Shown here piece by piece: positions 17,527 to 28,009 of a DNA stretch of 64,000 bases. Below the pieces are notes generated by a model. It saw only the letters and a list, made by a program, of their open reading frames with translations. It was not told the origin of the DNA and made no database searches. How positions within the stretch are numbered: the first letter of the stretch is position 1; every line of letters begins with the position of its first letter. Made by a program: the position numbers and the translations under genes. Source of the stretch: Cyclobacteriaceae bacterium (GTDB lineage Bacteria > Bacteroidota > Bacteroidia > Cytophagales > Cyclobacteriaceae); contig DASVCT010000262.1 in NCBI GenBank assembly GCA_036381475.1, positions 1,298-65,297 of the forward strand, written 5' to 3'.

Positions 17527-18473
17527 TGATCTATGTGCGCTGTCACGCTATCCTGTCGTACTTGTTCCTGTTGTTCTCTGTACAGTTCTCCCTGAGGTTC
17601 CTTTCCACCCGCTACATTGGTTCCGCGCAACGACATCACAAAGAATGACGCATCGCGTATCTCTTCCGGTTTCAGGATCGGGCCCCAGGAGATCATGCCC
17701 TTTTCAGGAACTCCGTTCTTGATGGTGGAGAAGATATTCTGAATGCTTCCACCGTGAAGCCAATACTCGTCCGTGAGATTCGGACCAATCCCGCCGCCTC
17801 CGTCGTTGCGGTGACATGAAGCGCAATTGCTCGTGAAGATGGCCTGACCTCTTTTGATGATTTCCTCATCCGGTGTGAACACCAGGTCGGCCTCATCGAT
17901 TTCCACGACTTCATGCGTAGCCCGCATCGCCTGCACGCGCTCCACTTCGGCAAGGTACTCGGCCTCTGAAAGGGGGAGGAGGTTCATAACGTGGTACACG
18001 ATGAGGTAGACGACCGCCCAAACCATCGTCCCATAGAAAAGCCATTTCCACCAGGGTGGCAGGTGATTGTCAAGTTCCCGGATGCCATCGTAGCTGTGAT
18101 CCAATAGAATTTCTCCTTCCCTTTCAATCGGGGCAGCGCGGGTGAGCCTTTGTGACAGCCGTTTCCAAAGGGAGGGCTGTTTTACGTACACGCCACCCTC
18201 GCGTTCAGCCCGTTCACGGATTGCCTGCTCGGTCAGCATATTGACCACGCGAACTACATAAAGGGCGATGGCAACGGCGGCGAACAGCGTGATGAGAACC
18301 ATTCCCGACAACACATACAATAGGAACTGGGTTTCCCCGGTTGACTGTCCCTGCGCCAATGCGGCACTGGAGGGGACTAGTACAGCGACTAGTAAGGCAC
18401 ACTTGCCAAACGCTGGTCGGTTATAGGTGCTGCGTTTCATTTTGTTTGGAAGTTTTGTTACCTGTCCCGTCAT
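17523..18473 (-). CDS. ccoP: cbb3-type cytochrome c oxidase subunit P-like, single heme c site seen
   Basis: FixP_N motif 'YDGIRELDNHLPPWWKWLFY' and one 'CASCH' site. The start is uncertain; the ATG at 18440 ('MKRSTY') is an alternative. Confidence 0.8.
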   Translation of the reverse strand: MTGQVTKLPNKMKRSTYNRPAFGKCALLVAVLVPSSAALAQGQSTGETQFLLYVLSGMVLITLFAAVAIALYVVRVVNMLTEQAIRERAEREGGVYVKQPSLWKRLSQRLTRAAPIEREGEILLDHSYDGIRELDNHLPPWWKWLFYGTMVWAVVYLIVYHVMNLLPLSEAEYLAEVERVQAMRATHEVVEIDEADLVFTPDEEIIKRGQAIFTSNCASCHRNDGGGGIGPNLTDEYWLHGGSIQNIFSTIKNGVPEKGMISWGPILKPEEIRDASFFVMSLRGTNVAGGKEPQGELYREQQEQVRQDSVTAHIDH

Positions 18474-18624
18474 CGGAGGGTAGCCCTTTCATATAGTGGA
18501 TGAGCGACTTGTCAACGGTTAAGACGTACCACAGCAGGATGAGAAAGAACAGGAAGAATATCACGAACGAAATGATGGGCCATATGGCCACATGGTCGAT
18601 GCTTTGAAGAATGTTCTTGTACAT
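18421..18624 (-). CDS. ccoQ: CcoQ/FixQ-like small membrane subunit
   Basis: 67 aa with a single TM ('IWPIISFVIFFLFFLILLWYVL'), located between ccoNO and ccoP. Confidence 0.7.
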   Translation of the reverse strand: MYKNILQSIDHVAIWPIISFVIFFLFFLILLWYVLTVDKSLIHYMKGLPSDDGTGNKTSKQNETQHL

Positions 18625-18636
18625 GGCTCGACTAGT

Positions 18637-20775
18637 TTATTGTCCCCTGGATGCTTCGCTGCCTGCCTGGATATCACGACCCAGCCGTTGCAGATAGGCG
18701 ATGAGCGCGACAATTTCAGCATCCGGACTGATCTCGATGTTGTCGGCTTTCAGGTTATCAACGATCTGTCTGGCCTGAGCTTCAAGGTCCCGGACGGCGG
18801 TCGCCTCGTATCCTTCTTCATACGGAACACCGATCTTTCTCAATGCGCGGATCTTGGCAGCCGTCTGAGACTTGTTGATGCTCTGTTCAAACAGCCACGG
18901 ATACGGCGGCATGATGGAGTTGGCAGAGACGGCATCCGGTTGATACATGTGGTTGAAATGCCATGAATCGGAATACTTGCCGCCGACGCGCTGTAAGTCA
19001 GGTCCGGTGCGCTTGGAACCCCACAAGAATGGATGGTCGTAGACATATTCGCCCGCTTTAGAGTATTCTCCGTGGAGGGGATCGTAGCGTTCCACTTCCG
19101 AGCGGAAGGGCCGTACCATCTGTGTATGACAGCTCACGCAGCCTTCCCGGATGTAGATGTCGCGACCGTGCAGTTCCAGCGGCGTATATGGCTTGACGCT
19201 GGCAATGGTCGGTACGTTCGACTTCACGAGAAATGTGGGTACCATTTCGATGATACCACCGATCAGTATGGCGATGAGTGCGAGGAAGGTGAACAGGAGC
19301 GGCTTGCTTTCCAGCACGTGGTGCCAACCGCCGTTGCTGCGCATGCCGCGCACGAAGGGTGCGGCCTCCGCGCTCACTTCCTTTTGGAAGGAACCCTGCC
19401 GCGCCGTGCGGATCAGGTTGTAAGTCATAATGATCGCACCGGTCAGGTACAGGGCACCGCCGGCCGCACGGAGCATGTACATGGGAAGGATCTGGACGGT
19501 CGTTTCAAGAAAGTTCTTGTATACCAGGAATCCTTCGTTATTAAATTCCTGCCACATGAGGCTTTGCGTAATGCCTGATATGTACATCGGCACGGCATAG
19601 AAGATTATGCCTAACGTTCCCAGCCAGAAGTGCACGTTCGCAAGCCCGGTCGAATAGAGTTTCGTTTGCCATAGACGCGGGACGAGCCAGTACAGCATGC
19701 CAAAGGTGAGGAAGCCGTTCCATCCCAGACCGCCGATGTGAACGTGTGCGACGATCCAATCCGTAAAGTGCGCGATGGCATTAACGTTCTTCAACGACAA
19801 CAACGGACCTTCGAGCGTAGCCATACCATAAGCGGTGACGGCCACGACCATGAACTTGAGAACCGGGTCTTCACGAACGCGATCCCATGCGCCACGTAGC
19901 GTGAGCAGGCCGTTGAGCATCCCACCCCATGATGGGGCAATAAGCATAATGGAAAACACTGTGCCGAGTGACTGGGCCCAGTCGGGTAGAGCCGTATACA
20001 GCAGATGATGCGGACCTGCCCATATGTAGATGAATATGAGTGACCAGAAATGAATGATGGAGAGGCGGTAGGAGTACACCGGCCGGTTTGCAGCCTTGGG
20101 CAGGTAATAATACATCAGGCCCAGGAAGGGTGTGGTGAGAAAGAACGCAACGGCATTGTGTCCGTACCACCATTGAACAAGTGCATCCTGAACACCTGCG
20201 TACCAGGAGTAACTCTTGAACGCACTTACCGGAATTCCAAATGAGTTGACAATGTGAAGAACTGCGACCGTGACAAACGTGGCGATGTAGAACCAGATGG
20301 CTACGTACATGTGCTTCTCACGCCGCACCAGGATGGTCCCGATCATATTCCAGCCGAACACCACCCACACAACAGCGATGGCGATATCTATAGGCCATTC
20401 GAGTTCAGCATACTCCTTGGAGGTCGTGAGTCCAAGCGGTAGGGTAATTGCGGCAGCTACAATTATGAGCTGCCATCCCCAAAAGTTGATCCAACTCAGC
20501 GTATCGCTATACATCCTTGTCTTCAGGAGACGTTGCATCGAGTAGTAGATGCCGGCGAACATGGCGTTGCCGACAAAGGCAAAGATCACCGCGTTGGTGT
20601 GCAGTGGCCTGATGCGTCCGAAGGTGGTGTACTGTGTGTCGAAGTTGAATAAGGGATAAAAGAGTTGAATGGCGGCAGTCAGTCCTACAAGCATGCCAAC
20701 CAGCCCGAATACGACGGTGGCGATAATAAACGCTTTGACGATCCGGTTGTCGTAATTGAATTGCTGAAGTTCCAT
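18637..20775 (-). CDS. ccoNO: cbb3-type cytochrome c oxidase, fused subunits I and II (CcoN-CcoO)
   Basis: 712 aa. The N-terminal part is a polytopic heme-copper oxidase ('HFWSLIFIYIWAGPHHL', 'AHVHIGGLGW'). The C-terminal part is CcoO with 'CVSCHTQMVRP'. Confidence 0.9.
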   Translation of the reverse strand: MELQQFNYDNRIVKAFIIATVVFGLVGMLVGLTAAIQLFYPLFNFDTQYTTFGRIRPLHTNAVIFAFVGNAMFAGIYYSMQRLLKTRMYSDTLSWINFWGWQLIIVAAAITLPLGLTTSKEYAELEWPIDIAIAVVWVVFGWNMIGTILVRREKHMYVAIWFYIATFVTVAVLHIVNSFGIPVSAFKSYSWYAGVQDALVQWWYGHNAVAFFLTTPFLGLMYYYLPKAANRPVYSYRLSIIHFWSLIFIYIWAGPHHLLYTALPDWAQSLGTVFSIMLIAPSWGGMLNGLLTLRGAWDRVREDPVLKFMVVAVTAYGMATLEGPLLSLKNVNAIAHFTDWIVAHVHIGGLGWNGFLTFGMLYWLVPRLWQTKLYSTGLANVHFWLGTLGIIFYAVPMYISGITQSLMWQEFNNEGFLVYKNFLETTVQILPMYMLRAAGGALYLTGAIIMTYNLIRTARQGSFQKEVSAEAAPFVRGMRSNGGWHHVLESKPLLFTFLALIAILIGGIIEMVPTFLVKSNVPTIASVKPYTPLELHGRDIYIREGCVSCHTQMVRPFRSEVERYDPLHGEYSKAGEYVYDHPFLWGSKRTGPDLQRVGGKYSDSWHFNHMYQPDAVSANSIMPPYPWLFEQSINKSQTAAKIRALRKIGVPYEEGYEATAVRDLEAQARQIVDNLKADNIEISPDAEIVALIAYLQRLGRDIQAGSEASRGQ

Positions 20776-20913
20776 AGTGCAGGTCCCAGTCGGGTAAAAT
20801 CCAGACGTGAAAGTAGCGGGCTCGCTTTCGCCTGCATATGATTGAGATTAGAAGAAATCCTGACGAACATCAGGGCTTTTTAGCGATGAACCGGTCGTAC
20901 TACGCCTTGGTAG

Positions 20914-21093
20914 TCAATGTTTTGAGCCTTCCTCGGGCGTTATTTTACCGTCGGTCTCTTCCTCGAAAAGCATCCGGATAGACGGTGTCACCACATCGTC
21001 GTATTGGCCACGACGCACGGCCCGCCAGAACAGGGCCAGGAAGACGATGGCGATAATCAGGCTGATCGATATGAGCAACACGATGATGATCAT
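20914..21093 (-). CDS. ccoS: cbb3 oxidase assembly protein CcoS
   Basis: The ATG at 21093 forms an ATGA overlap with the ATPase stop codon. 'MIIIVLLISISLIIAIVFLALFWRAVRRGQYDD' is the typical CcoS sequence. Confidence 0.8.
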   Translation of the reverse strand: MIIIVLLISISLIIAIVFLALFWRAVRRGQYDDVVTPSIRMLFEEETDGKITPEEGSKH

Positions 21094-23486
21094 GACGCAT
21101 TTGACTGGATAATGCCGCCTAGTTTTTGCGATCCGGCCCACCGAACCGCCAGGGTCGAGAAGGCAACGACGCTGATGCTGCTTAACGGCATGAGAATAGC
21201 AGCGTAGAGCGGAGTGAGCAGTCCTGTTACGGCAAAACTCAAAGCTATCGTGTTGTACAGAAATGAAATGATAAAGCCCGCGCGAAGTATTTTGACCGCC
21301 GACCGGGACAGGGCAAAAAAGACATCCAGGTTGCGCACCATCTCACCCTTTATGATTCCGTCACTGGCTGGAGTAAATACGCCGGTGTCGTCTGTTACAG
21401 CCACGCCCACATCGCACTGACGCAGGGCGCCTGCATCATTCAGACCGTCGCCGACCATCGTTACTACATGGCCCTGCGATTGAAGGTCACGCACATAGTC
21501 GAGTTTGTCTTGTGGCGATTGGGAAAAGCGAAGGTCGGCATCGTCAGGGAAGATCCCTTTCATCAATTGACCACCCACGGCACTATCGCCGGAAACCAAA
21601 CCTTTGCATCGCTTACCGAGCCGGCGAATCATGTCGGCAATGCCCGGCCGGAGCGATGTTCCGATGGTAAAGTATCCCCTGACGGTTCCGTCGATGGAGA
21701 CAAATACCGCTGACCCCTGGGTTGCCACAGGTTGGGCGCCCGTGAATTCGTCCGAGCCCACTCGAACCGGGGTGCCGGCGACAGTTCCCTCGATGCCCTG
21801 GCCTTCATACTCCGCGAAAGCGTCCACAGTCATTGCCTTTATTTCTGGCAAAGAATTGTACAGGATGCGGCTGAGCGGATGTGTTGAACAGGCCGCGAGT
21901 CCTTTTATCCACGTCATTTCGTTCTCGTCCAGGATCCCTGTGAACTTTACCATCTCTTTGCCGTGGGTGACGGTCCCCGTTTTGTCGAAGACAACGGCGT
22001 CGGTCTTCGCCATCCTTTCGATGACCTGTGCGTTCTTTAGGTAAAAACCGGCACGTCCAAAGACCCGCATCATGTTGCCATAGGTAAAGGGAGCAGTGAG
22101 TGCGAGCGCGCACGGGCAAGCTACGATGAGGACTGCGGTGACGTTGAGCCACACCTGTGAGGAGTCGTGTATGTACCACCCTATGGCGGTTGCAAAAGCG
22201 ATGAACACGACAGCCCAGGTAAACCACGTTGCGATCTTGTCCATCGCACTACGATCATCCTTCGAATCCTTTTGGAAAACCTGGTTGTTCCAAAGGCTCG
22301 TCAGGTAGCTCTGTGCGATCTTGCGTTCGACCATCATGCGCACGGGAACACCAACAAGTCGTCCACCCGCGTAGAGGAGGTCGCCGGCCTGTGCGCTTAC
22401 AGGTTCCGACTCGCCCGTCACAAAACTGTAGTCGATCAGCGCCTTGTCGTCAAGGATGCGACTGTCTGAAGGGATGATCTCTCCGTTTCGAATGCGAATT
22501 GTATCTCCTTCACGGATCTCGTGCACCACCACCGGTCGCCAGTTTAAGCCATCGGACCTTTCTACTGCCAGCGGAAAATAGGATTTGAAGTCGCGGTCAA
22601 AGGCGAGGCTTTCATACGTCTTGCCCTGGAACCAGCGACCGACAAGGAGAAAGAAAACCAATCCGGTTAACGAATCGAAATAGCCGGGTCCTGACGCCGT
22701 AACGATGTCCCATGTGCTTCGCGCCATCAGTGCAACAAGTCCGGCAGCGATGGGAACGTCAATGTTGATACGACGCTGGGTGAACGCCGTAATGGCCGAG
22801 CGGAGATAGTCCGAACCACTGTAAAGAAAGACGGGGACAGAGAGGGCAAGATTCAGCCAGGAGAAAACTTCCTTCAGGTCGAATTCTGCGGCATCAAGTC
22901 CCAGGTACTCGGGGAAGCTGAACAGCATGACGTTGCCGAAGCAGAAAGCTGCAACCGCAAGTTTGAGTATAAGTTGCTGATTGGCGGCGGAAGGCTTCCG
23001 GGCGCCGGCGTCAAGGTTGATTTGGGGCGCGTAGCCCAATACCGCCATCCGTTGGGCGATTCGGCTCAAGGCGACCTGCGACGGATTGAAGTCTATGAGG
23101 ATCGACTTGCGCGCGTAATTCACCTCCGACCGCAGGATGCCGGGTTCCAGTCGTCGCAGGTTTTCGAGCAGCCAGATGCAACTCACGCAATGAATGGAGG
23201 GTACGATGAATCGCGCCCGCGCAAAATTGGCTGAGTCAAATTCAAGGAACCGGGCTTTGACGTTCGCATCGTCGAGACAAGCATAGATACTTGTGTCCGT
23301 TTCAGTCTGACGTATGCCCGGTGCCTTGTCGAGCGTATAGTACGTGCACAGACCGTTTTCGTTGAGGATTTCGTAGACGGTCCTGCATCCCGTACAGCAA
23401 AACGGCTTATCATCCAGCCAAAAGGGCTCCCCGCACGGCTGTCCGCAGTGATAGCAACATAGGTCGGTACGGGTAATCGTTTCCAC
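21090..23486 (-). CDS. ccoI: copper-translocating P1B-type ATPase (CcoI/FixI type)
   Basis: Cys-rich N-terminus ('CYHCGQPC', 'CCTGCRTVYE'), 'CPC' in 'VACPCALAL', 'DKTGTVT', 'GDGLNDAGAL'. Confidence 0.9.
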   Translation of the reverse strand: METITRTDLCCYHCGQPCGEPFWLDDKPFCCTGCRTVYEILNENGLCTYYTLDKAPGIRQTETDTSIYACLDDANVKARFLEFDSANFARARFIVPSIHCVSCIWLLENLRRLEPGILRSEVNYARKSILIDFNPSQVALSRIAQRMAVLGYAPQINLDAGARKPSAANQQLILKLAVAAFCFGNVMLFSFPEYLGLDAAEFDLKEVFSWLNLALSVPVFLYSGSDYLRSAITAFTQRRINIDVPIAAGLVALMARSTWDIVTASGPGYFDSLTGLVFFLLVGRWFQGKTYESLAFDRDFKSYFPLAVERSDGLNWRPVVVHEIREGDTIRIRNGEIIPSDSRILDDKALIDYSFVTGESEPVSAQAGDLLYAGGRLVGVPVRMMVERKIAQSYLTSLWNNQVFQKDSKDDRSAMDKIATWFTWAVVFIAFATAIGWYIHDSSQVWLNVTAVLIVACPCALALTAPFTYGNMMRVFGRAGFYLKNAQVIERMAKTDAVVFDKTGTVTHGKEMVKFTGILDENEMTWIKGLAACSTHPLSRILYNSLPEIKAMTVDAFAEYEGQGIEGTVAGTPVRVGSDEFTGAQPVATQGSAVFVSIDGTVRGYFTIGTSLRPGIADMIRRLGKRCKGLVSGDSAVGGQLMKGIFPDDADLRFSQSPQDKLDYVRDLQSQGHVVTMVGDGLNDAGALRQCDVGVAVTDDTGVFTPASDGIIKGEMVRNLDVFFALSRSAVKILRAGFIISFLYNTIALSFAVTGLLTPLYAAILMPLSSISVVAFSTLAVRWAGSQKLGGIIQSNAS

Positions 23487-23549
23487 TTCCGTTATAGCGC
23501 TGCTCCTCTATGATCACCGTATCCCTATTGCAGTTTGTCGGGGTTGGCG

Positions 23550-24248
23550 TCAGTTCTTGTAAGTCAGGACGGTGTAGCCCAGGAGTTTGTCGTTCTTGTT
23601 ATACGTTTCACTTTTCACCAAACCGTAATTCGGAGCAATCCATTCTACGACGTTGAAAGTAAAAGTCATGGCAATACCTACCTGATTTCTGATTGTGTTC
23701 AGACTGGTTATCTTGTAACATTCGACGTCACCCAAAGCGGTGCTGATGGTCTCCTTGCCCACCACTTTCCGGTTACTTACGGTGCAGTTCAGTTTGAAGG
23801 GGAGACCGTCACCAGAGGCAGTGACGGTTATCGAGCCGTCCTTAAGTTGCTGGCCGAGCGACAGGGAACTTGGGATCTCGAGGTCTTCGCCCTCCATTTT
23901 CAGCTCGCTTTTCCCAAAGGCTTCGAGTTGTTCCTTGGGTATATAATTTCTCATGTCCACGAGGATGACTCCGTTGTCGCAGTGAAACTCATACTCGCCT
24001 TCGTGAATTTGTTTTCCCTTTTCATCTTCTATCAGCGAGCTCACGAGGGCATCATACCCGCTGCTCGTGGGACTAAAGGTCAGCACCTTCTGTTTTATTT
24101 TCCCGGTAGGTTTGCCTTTGGCATTAAATGTTTCCATGTGCCATTCCCCGTTCTCCTTCATTACGTAAAACGGGTTACACTGCGAATACACGAAGGTGCT
24201 TGCACCAGCGATAAGAAGGATGGTTGTGATGAGGTTTTTCATAGCCAA
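23550..24248 (-). CDS. hypothetical secreted protein
   Basis: 232 aa; signal peptide 'MAMKNLITTILLIAGASTFVYSQ'; beta-rich sequence with no motif I recognise. Confidence 0.65.
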   Translation of the reverse strand: MAMKNLITTILLIAGASTFVYSQCNPFYVMKENGEWHMETFNAKGKPTGKIKQKVLTFSPTSSGYDALVSSLIEDEKGKQIHEGEYEFHCDNGVILVDMRNYIPKEQLEAFGKSELKMEGEDLEIPSSLSLGQQLKDGSITVTASGDGLPFKLNCTVSNRKVVGKETISTALGDVECYKITSLNTIRNQVGIAMTFTFNVVEWIAPNYGLVKSETYNKNDKLLGYTVLTYKN

Positions 24249-24302
24249 CTAAGATTTAGTTTGAGAATTAGACACTAAATAAAAGTAAAACACTTCCCTC
24301 AA

Positions 24303-24974
24303 TTATGAAAGAACCTCACGCAGAACCTGGACCGATCGTATTTCTCCGAGCGATTCGATATGCTCGCCGAAAAAGGCGACCAGTGCCTCCAAAATTTCCC
24401 TTCGCCGGCTCACCGTCATACCTATCGTCTCATCATAGCTGGCGGTCAGCAGGCTTTCGACCACCGATTCCGTTTCCCGATCGAAAGGCCGCGTGCCGCC
24501 GATTTGGGCTGCAGTATACACCCCGAAACCCAGGTGGCGGCTGAGTTTGATCAGGAAAAGCAAGTGAAAATTCTCATAGTTTTTTTCCAGGGTCTCGAGC
24601 ACACGTAACGAGTTGAAAATGAAGTCGAATAGGGGCCCCGGGGCGGTCTCCTCACGGACGGTCTTGTTCAGGATTTCGCAGACAAACATGGCGATGGCCG
24701 ACTTGCGAACGTCGGTGGCCACCGAATGATAGGGGTAAGGGCACTTTACCTCGCGGATCCTATTGATGTTGGCATTGTCGCGGTGGTACACGACCATATC
24801 AAGGAGGGTCAGCGGCTGATACAACGCCATTTTTCCCGCAGTGGTCTTCGAACTTCTTACCCCATTTACGATGTACGACTGAATGCCGAATGCCTCCGTG
24901 AGGATCGTCACAATGATGGACGACTCCCTGAAACGGGTGAAGCGAAACACGATACCCTTGGTCTTCGCAATCAT
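24303..24974 (-). CDS. recO: DNA repair protein RecO
   Basis: 223 aa; the N-terminal OB-fold region 'KTKGIVFRFTRFRESSIIVTILTEAFGIQSY' is typical of RecO. Confidence 0.85.
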   Translation of the reverse strand: MIAKTKGIVFRFTRFRESSIIVTILTEAFGIQSYIVNGVRSSKTTAGKMALYQPLTLLDMVVYHRDNANINRIREVKCPYPYHSVATDVRKSAIAMFVCEILNKTVREETAPGPLFDFIFNSLRVLETLEKNYENFHLLFLIKLSRHLGFGVYTAAQIGGTRPFDRETESVVESLLTASYDETIGMTVSRRREILEALVAFFGEHIESLGEIRSVQVLREVLS

Positions 24975-24994
24975 AGGCTACGGGCTTGTCATTG

Positions 24995-27229
24995 CTATTC
25001 CACCACGGCAATCCGCCCAACAAAATGTTCGCTGCCATCGGTCGAGGTACTGAACACCAGGTAGATGCCGGATTTGACCCGTTGGCCGTTGTAGTTTCTC
25101 ACGTTCCATGTCGCAGTGCCCCCCGCCGCATAGGTTTGCCAAACGAGCCGGCCACCCGCATCCGTGATCTTAACCACCGCATCCGTCGCCAGGCCACTGA
25201 TGCCAACCAGTCCGCTAAATTCAAACGTAACAGGATTGGGGAAGATCTTGACGGCACCAAATTCGGGGTGCCCCGCCGTGGCATCGGAACGGTAGGAAAC
25301 CAATCCTGCGGCCGTCGCGACAAACACTTCGCCGGTAGCATCATCGATCCCGATGTCCAGAATGTTGTCGGACGGCAAGGGGCTATTCTCCCGGTTGAAG
25401 TGGTAAACGAGCTCTTCACCTTCGGGACCGAAAAGCCAAATGCCCTGCTCGGTGCCTATCCATTTTCTGTTTCCACCGTCTATCGCGATGGCCGTCACTT
25501 TCTGACCGGTAAGCAGGAAACGTCCTTCGAAGATGGGTCGCACGGCATTGGTCCCGGGATTGAAGACGCCTGCGGGGTCTGGAAAATAGGCCACCCCGTT
25601 GTCTGTACCGACCCACATCCTCGCATCCCGATCCGCTGCGAGGCAATTTACGTTGTCATGGGGAAGACCACCACTGCCTGCGGCATCGGTGAGATACACA
25701 CTGTTGCCGTCGGAGTTAACCACGAGTATGCCGCCTCCGGCTGAAGGGCTCAGGGCAGCCCATACTGCCCCCGTATAGTCTAACTCAAGCGACAAGGGGA
25801 AGCGCGAAGCAGGCGTAGCAAATGCGTATGATTCCCACGAGTTGCCATCGAACCGATGCAACGGTTCGGAGGCGCCGAAGTTGGCTGCCCACACATTCTC
25901 TGAGTCAGAAGCCAGCGCTGTAATGTTGACGTGATCGCCGGGTGGATTGGAATTTATGAGGGTGCTGTTGCTTTCGTCGTAGATGATGGTGGGCGCTGCG
26001 AGGGGTCCCGCCTGCACGCCTCCGCCGAACGACGCGACGTATGTTGCGCCTTTGGCGTCTACCGCATCCGTTATATCCGACACTGATGCCGTTTCGGTAG
26101 TCCATGCGCCGTCTGCATAGGAGCTAATCCATCCTGGATTGCCCAATGCCTGATAGTCCGCTGTATACCCTCCGCCGAGGGCGTATATCCTGCCGGCAAT
26201 CCGTGCGAGCTTTCGCGTGACCTGAAAGGCGGGGCCATTGGCAACATAGGTAGCAGGGGCACCCGTTCCCGCCGACAAGAGTCCGTTTGCGTTATCGCCG
26301 ATCCATACTATGCCTCCTGCTTCCAGGGCGAACCGGAAGCTGGTGCCGCTGGGTGTTGACGCCTCTGTGATGAGGTTGTCGCGCGACAGCAGCCACGCAT
26401 GGTTGTCTTCACAGATGACAAGGTGATCGTCTGAGCTGGTCAGGCTGACGATCTCTGTGTCTCCGGGGTAAGCCTGTTGGATCCAGGTGCCGTTGTCCTG
26501 GTAGAATATGCCTGCACCGTCGACGGCGGCATAGATCCTTCCATTGAAGGCGGAGACAGCGCTAGTTGAACCGGCAAGCTCGCCCTGATTGTGACGCTTC
26601 CAGTTGTGATAATCCAGAAGGTTATCGGCAAGCCTGCCTGCCAGGACACCTGCTTCTGTGGCGATATAGACGCTGTCGCCCAGGACGGCACTTTGGAAGA
26701 GGTCAAGCGATGTGCCGTTGACGCCCAGGTCGCGCCATGTCTCGCGCACTTCGTGACGTGCAACGTCAAACACCACGAGCCCATAAGGCGTTGCAAGGTA
26801 CCCCAACCCGTTCGCGAACGTGATTTGCCGTATGCTCGCGTCTTCTATTGTTTCGTTAACCCAGTTAAAATGGGTTATGTCGGTTTCGCTTATGACATCC
26901 AATGCACCGCTGGCATAGCCAATAAACAATTCACCAGATGCCCGATCAAAAGCCAGCGTCGAGATGACGTCGCCCGAGAGTCCGTTCAGTGCAGTCACCA
27001 CGGACAGCGAACGATCCGAAAGGTCCAGTACCATCATGCCGGTGCCGCATGCAGCGTACACCTTTTGGTCGCTCACTGCGATTCCGGTGACCGAGTTATA
27101 GGAAACGTGCGTCCGCCACTGTCCGATCGGAACAGCGGGTTGTGAAAGCGCGCAGGGCGCGACGCAAAATTCCAGCACGCTGAGGAGGCATGAGGCGATA
27201 TACCCGAGGCAGGTGTTCATGGAAAGCAA
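24995..27229 (-). CDS. beta-propeller protein with T9SS C-terminal sorting domain (PorZ-like)
   Basis: 744 aa; signal peptide; repeated two-component-regulator-propeller-like blades ('WIGT..G', 'VWAA'); C-terminus 'VKIFPNPVT..GIYLVFSTS..GRIAVVE' fits the T9SS CTD pattern. Confidence 0.7.
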   Translation of the reverse strand: MLSMNTCLGYIASCLLSVLEFCVAPCALSQPAVPIGQWRTHVSYNSVTGIAVSDQKVYAACGTGMMVLDLSDRSLSVVTALNGLSGDVISTLAFDRASGELFIGYASGALDVISETDITHFNWVNETIEDASIRQITFANGLGYLATPYGLVVFDVARHEVRETWRDLGVNGTSLDLFQSAVLGDSVYIATEAGVLAGRLADNLLDYHNWKRHNQGELAGSTSAVSAFNGRIYAAVDGAGIFYQDNGTWIQQAYPGDTEIVSLTSSDDHLVICEDNHAWLLSRDNLITEASTPSGTSFRFALEAGGIVWIGDNANGLLSAGTGAPATYVANGPAFQVTRKLARIAGRIYALGGGYTADYQALGNPGWISSYADGAWTTETASVSDITDAVDAKGATYVASFGGGVQAGPLAAPTIIYDESNSTLINSNPPGDHVNITALASDSENVWAANFGASEPLHRFDGNSWESYAFATPASRFPLSLELDYTGAVWAALSPSAGGGILVVNSDGNSVYLTDAAGSGGLPHDNVNCLAADRDARMWVGTDNGVAYFPDPAGVFNPGTNAVRPIFEGRFLLTGQKVTAIAIDGGNRKWIGTEQGIWLFGPEGEELVYHFNRENSPLPSDNILDIGIDDATGEVFVATAAGLVSYRSDATAGHPEFGAVKIFPNPVTFEFSGLVGISGLATDAVVKITDAGGRLVWQTYAAGGTATWNVRNYNGQRVKSGIYLVFSTSTDGSEHFVGRIAVVE

Positions 27230-27241
27230 CCGGCCTGTATG

Positions 27242-27832
27242 TTACTCGATTTTTCGATTTGCCATGCCTTCGATGAAAGCTTTCCGACTGCGGGCTTCGT
27301 ACTGGTCGTACTCGCCCAGCATGATTTGTCCTTCATTGGGCGACAGGCGGAAGGAAAACGAAGCAAGTTCTCCCGTTTGCGCACAGATAGCATGCAATTT
27401 GGTGACGTATTCGGCAATAGCAAGAAGCTGTGGCATGGGACCGAACGGCTTGCCCTTGTAGTCCATGTCGAGACCTGCGACGATGACACGTTTGCCTTCG
27501 TTGGCGAGGGCGTTGCAGATGTCGATAATGGCGCTGTCAAAAAACTGCGCTTCATCGATACCCACGACGTCGCAGTCGCCTGAAAGCAGAATGAGGTCGC
27601 CGGCAAACTGGACGGCGGTTGATCGAATGGTATTCTCGTTGTGCGACACAATCAGCTGGCGGTGATACCTGACGTCGATGGCAGGCTTGAAAATTTCCAC
27701 CTTTTGTCCCGCGATGATGGCACGGTTAAGCCGGCGGATGAGCTCTTCTGTTTTACCGGAGAACATGCAACCGCAAATGACTTCGATCCAGCCCGTGCCT
27801 GATTTCCTGCCGAGGTGTGGTTCTATGAACAT
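27242..27832 (-). CDS. tdk: thymidine kinase
   Basis: P-loop 'GCMFSGKTEELIRR'; 'VIGIDEAQFF'. The ATG at 27832 gives about 196 aa; the ORF-track start at 27934 looks like an extension. Confidence 0.9.
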   Translation of the reverse strand: MFIEPHLGRKSGTGWIEVICGCMFSGKTEELIRRLNRAIIAGQKVEIFKPAIDVRYHRQLIVSHNENTIRSTAVQFAGDLILLSGDCDVVGIDEAQFFDSAIIDICNALANEGKRVIVAGLDMDYKGKPFGPMPQLLAIAEYVTKLHAICAQTGELASFSFRLSPNEGQIMLGEYDQYEARSRKAFIEGMANRKIE

Positions 27833-28009
27833 AGCCTGCAAGTTAAGGGACTGCGGCGGATTTTCGCGAATGGCTGAAGGAGGCAAATCAATGCGAAATT
27901 GACGCTCCAGGGCATTTTCCGAGTCCCGTTTCAACGAAACGACCCCACGCTATTGCTGAATAAGCGTTACATTTACAATGACGTAGGACATTTCCCCAAA
28001 TAGTGCGAC

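Noticed and set aside
20776-20913. An FNR/CRP-type box (TTGAT-N4-ATCAA) upstream of ccoNO
   Set aside because: I found no such palindrome. The only feature is a 5-bp inverted repeat cctga(N6)tcagg with a short T-rich tail on the minus strand, more likely a weak terminator after ccoS.
23535-24278. 247-aa plus-strand ORF
   Set aside because: It is completely antisense to the 232-aa signal-peptide protein at 23550..24248. It has no start context and an odd composition.
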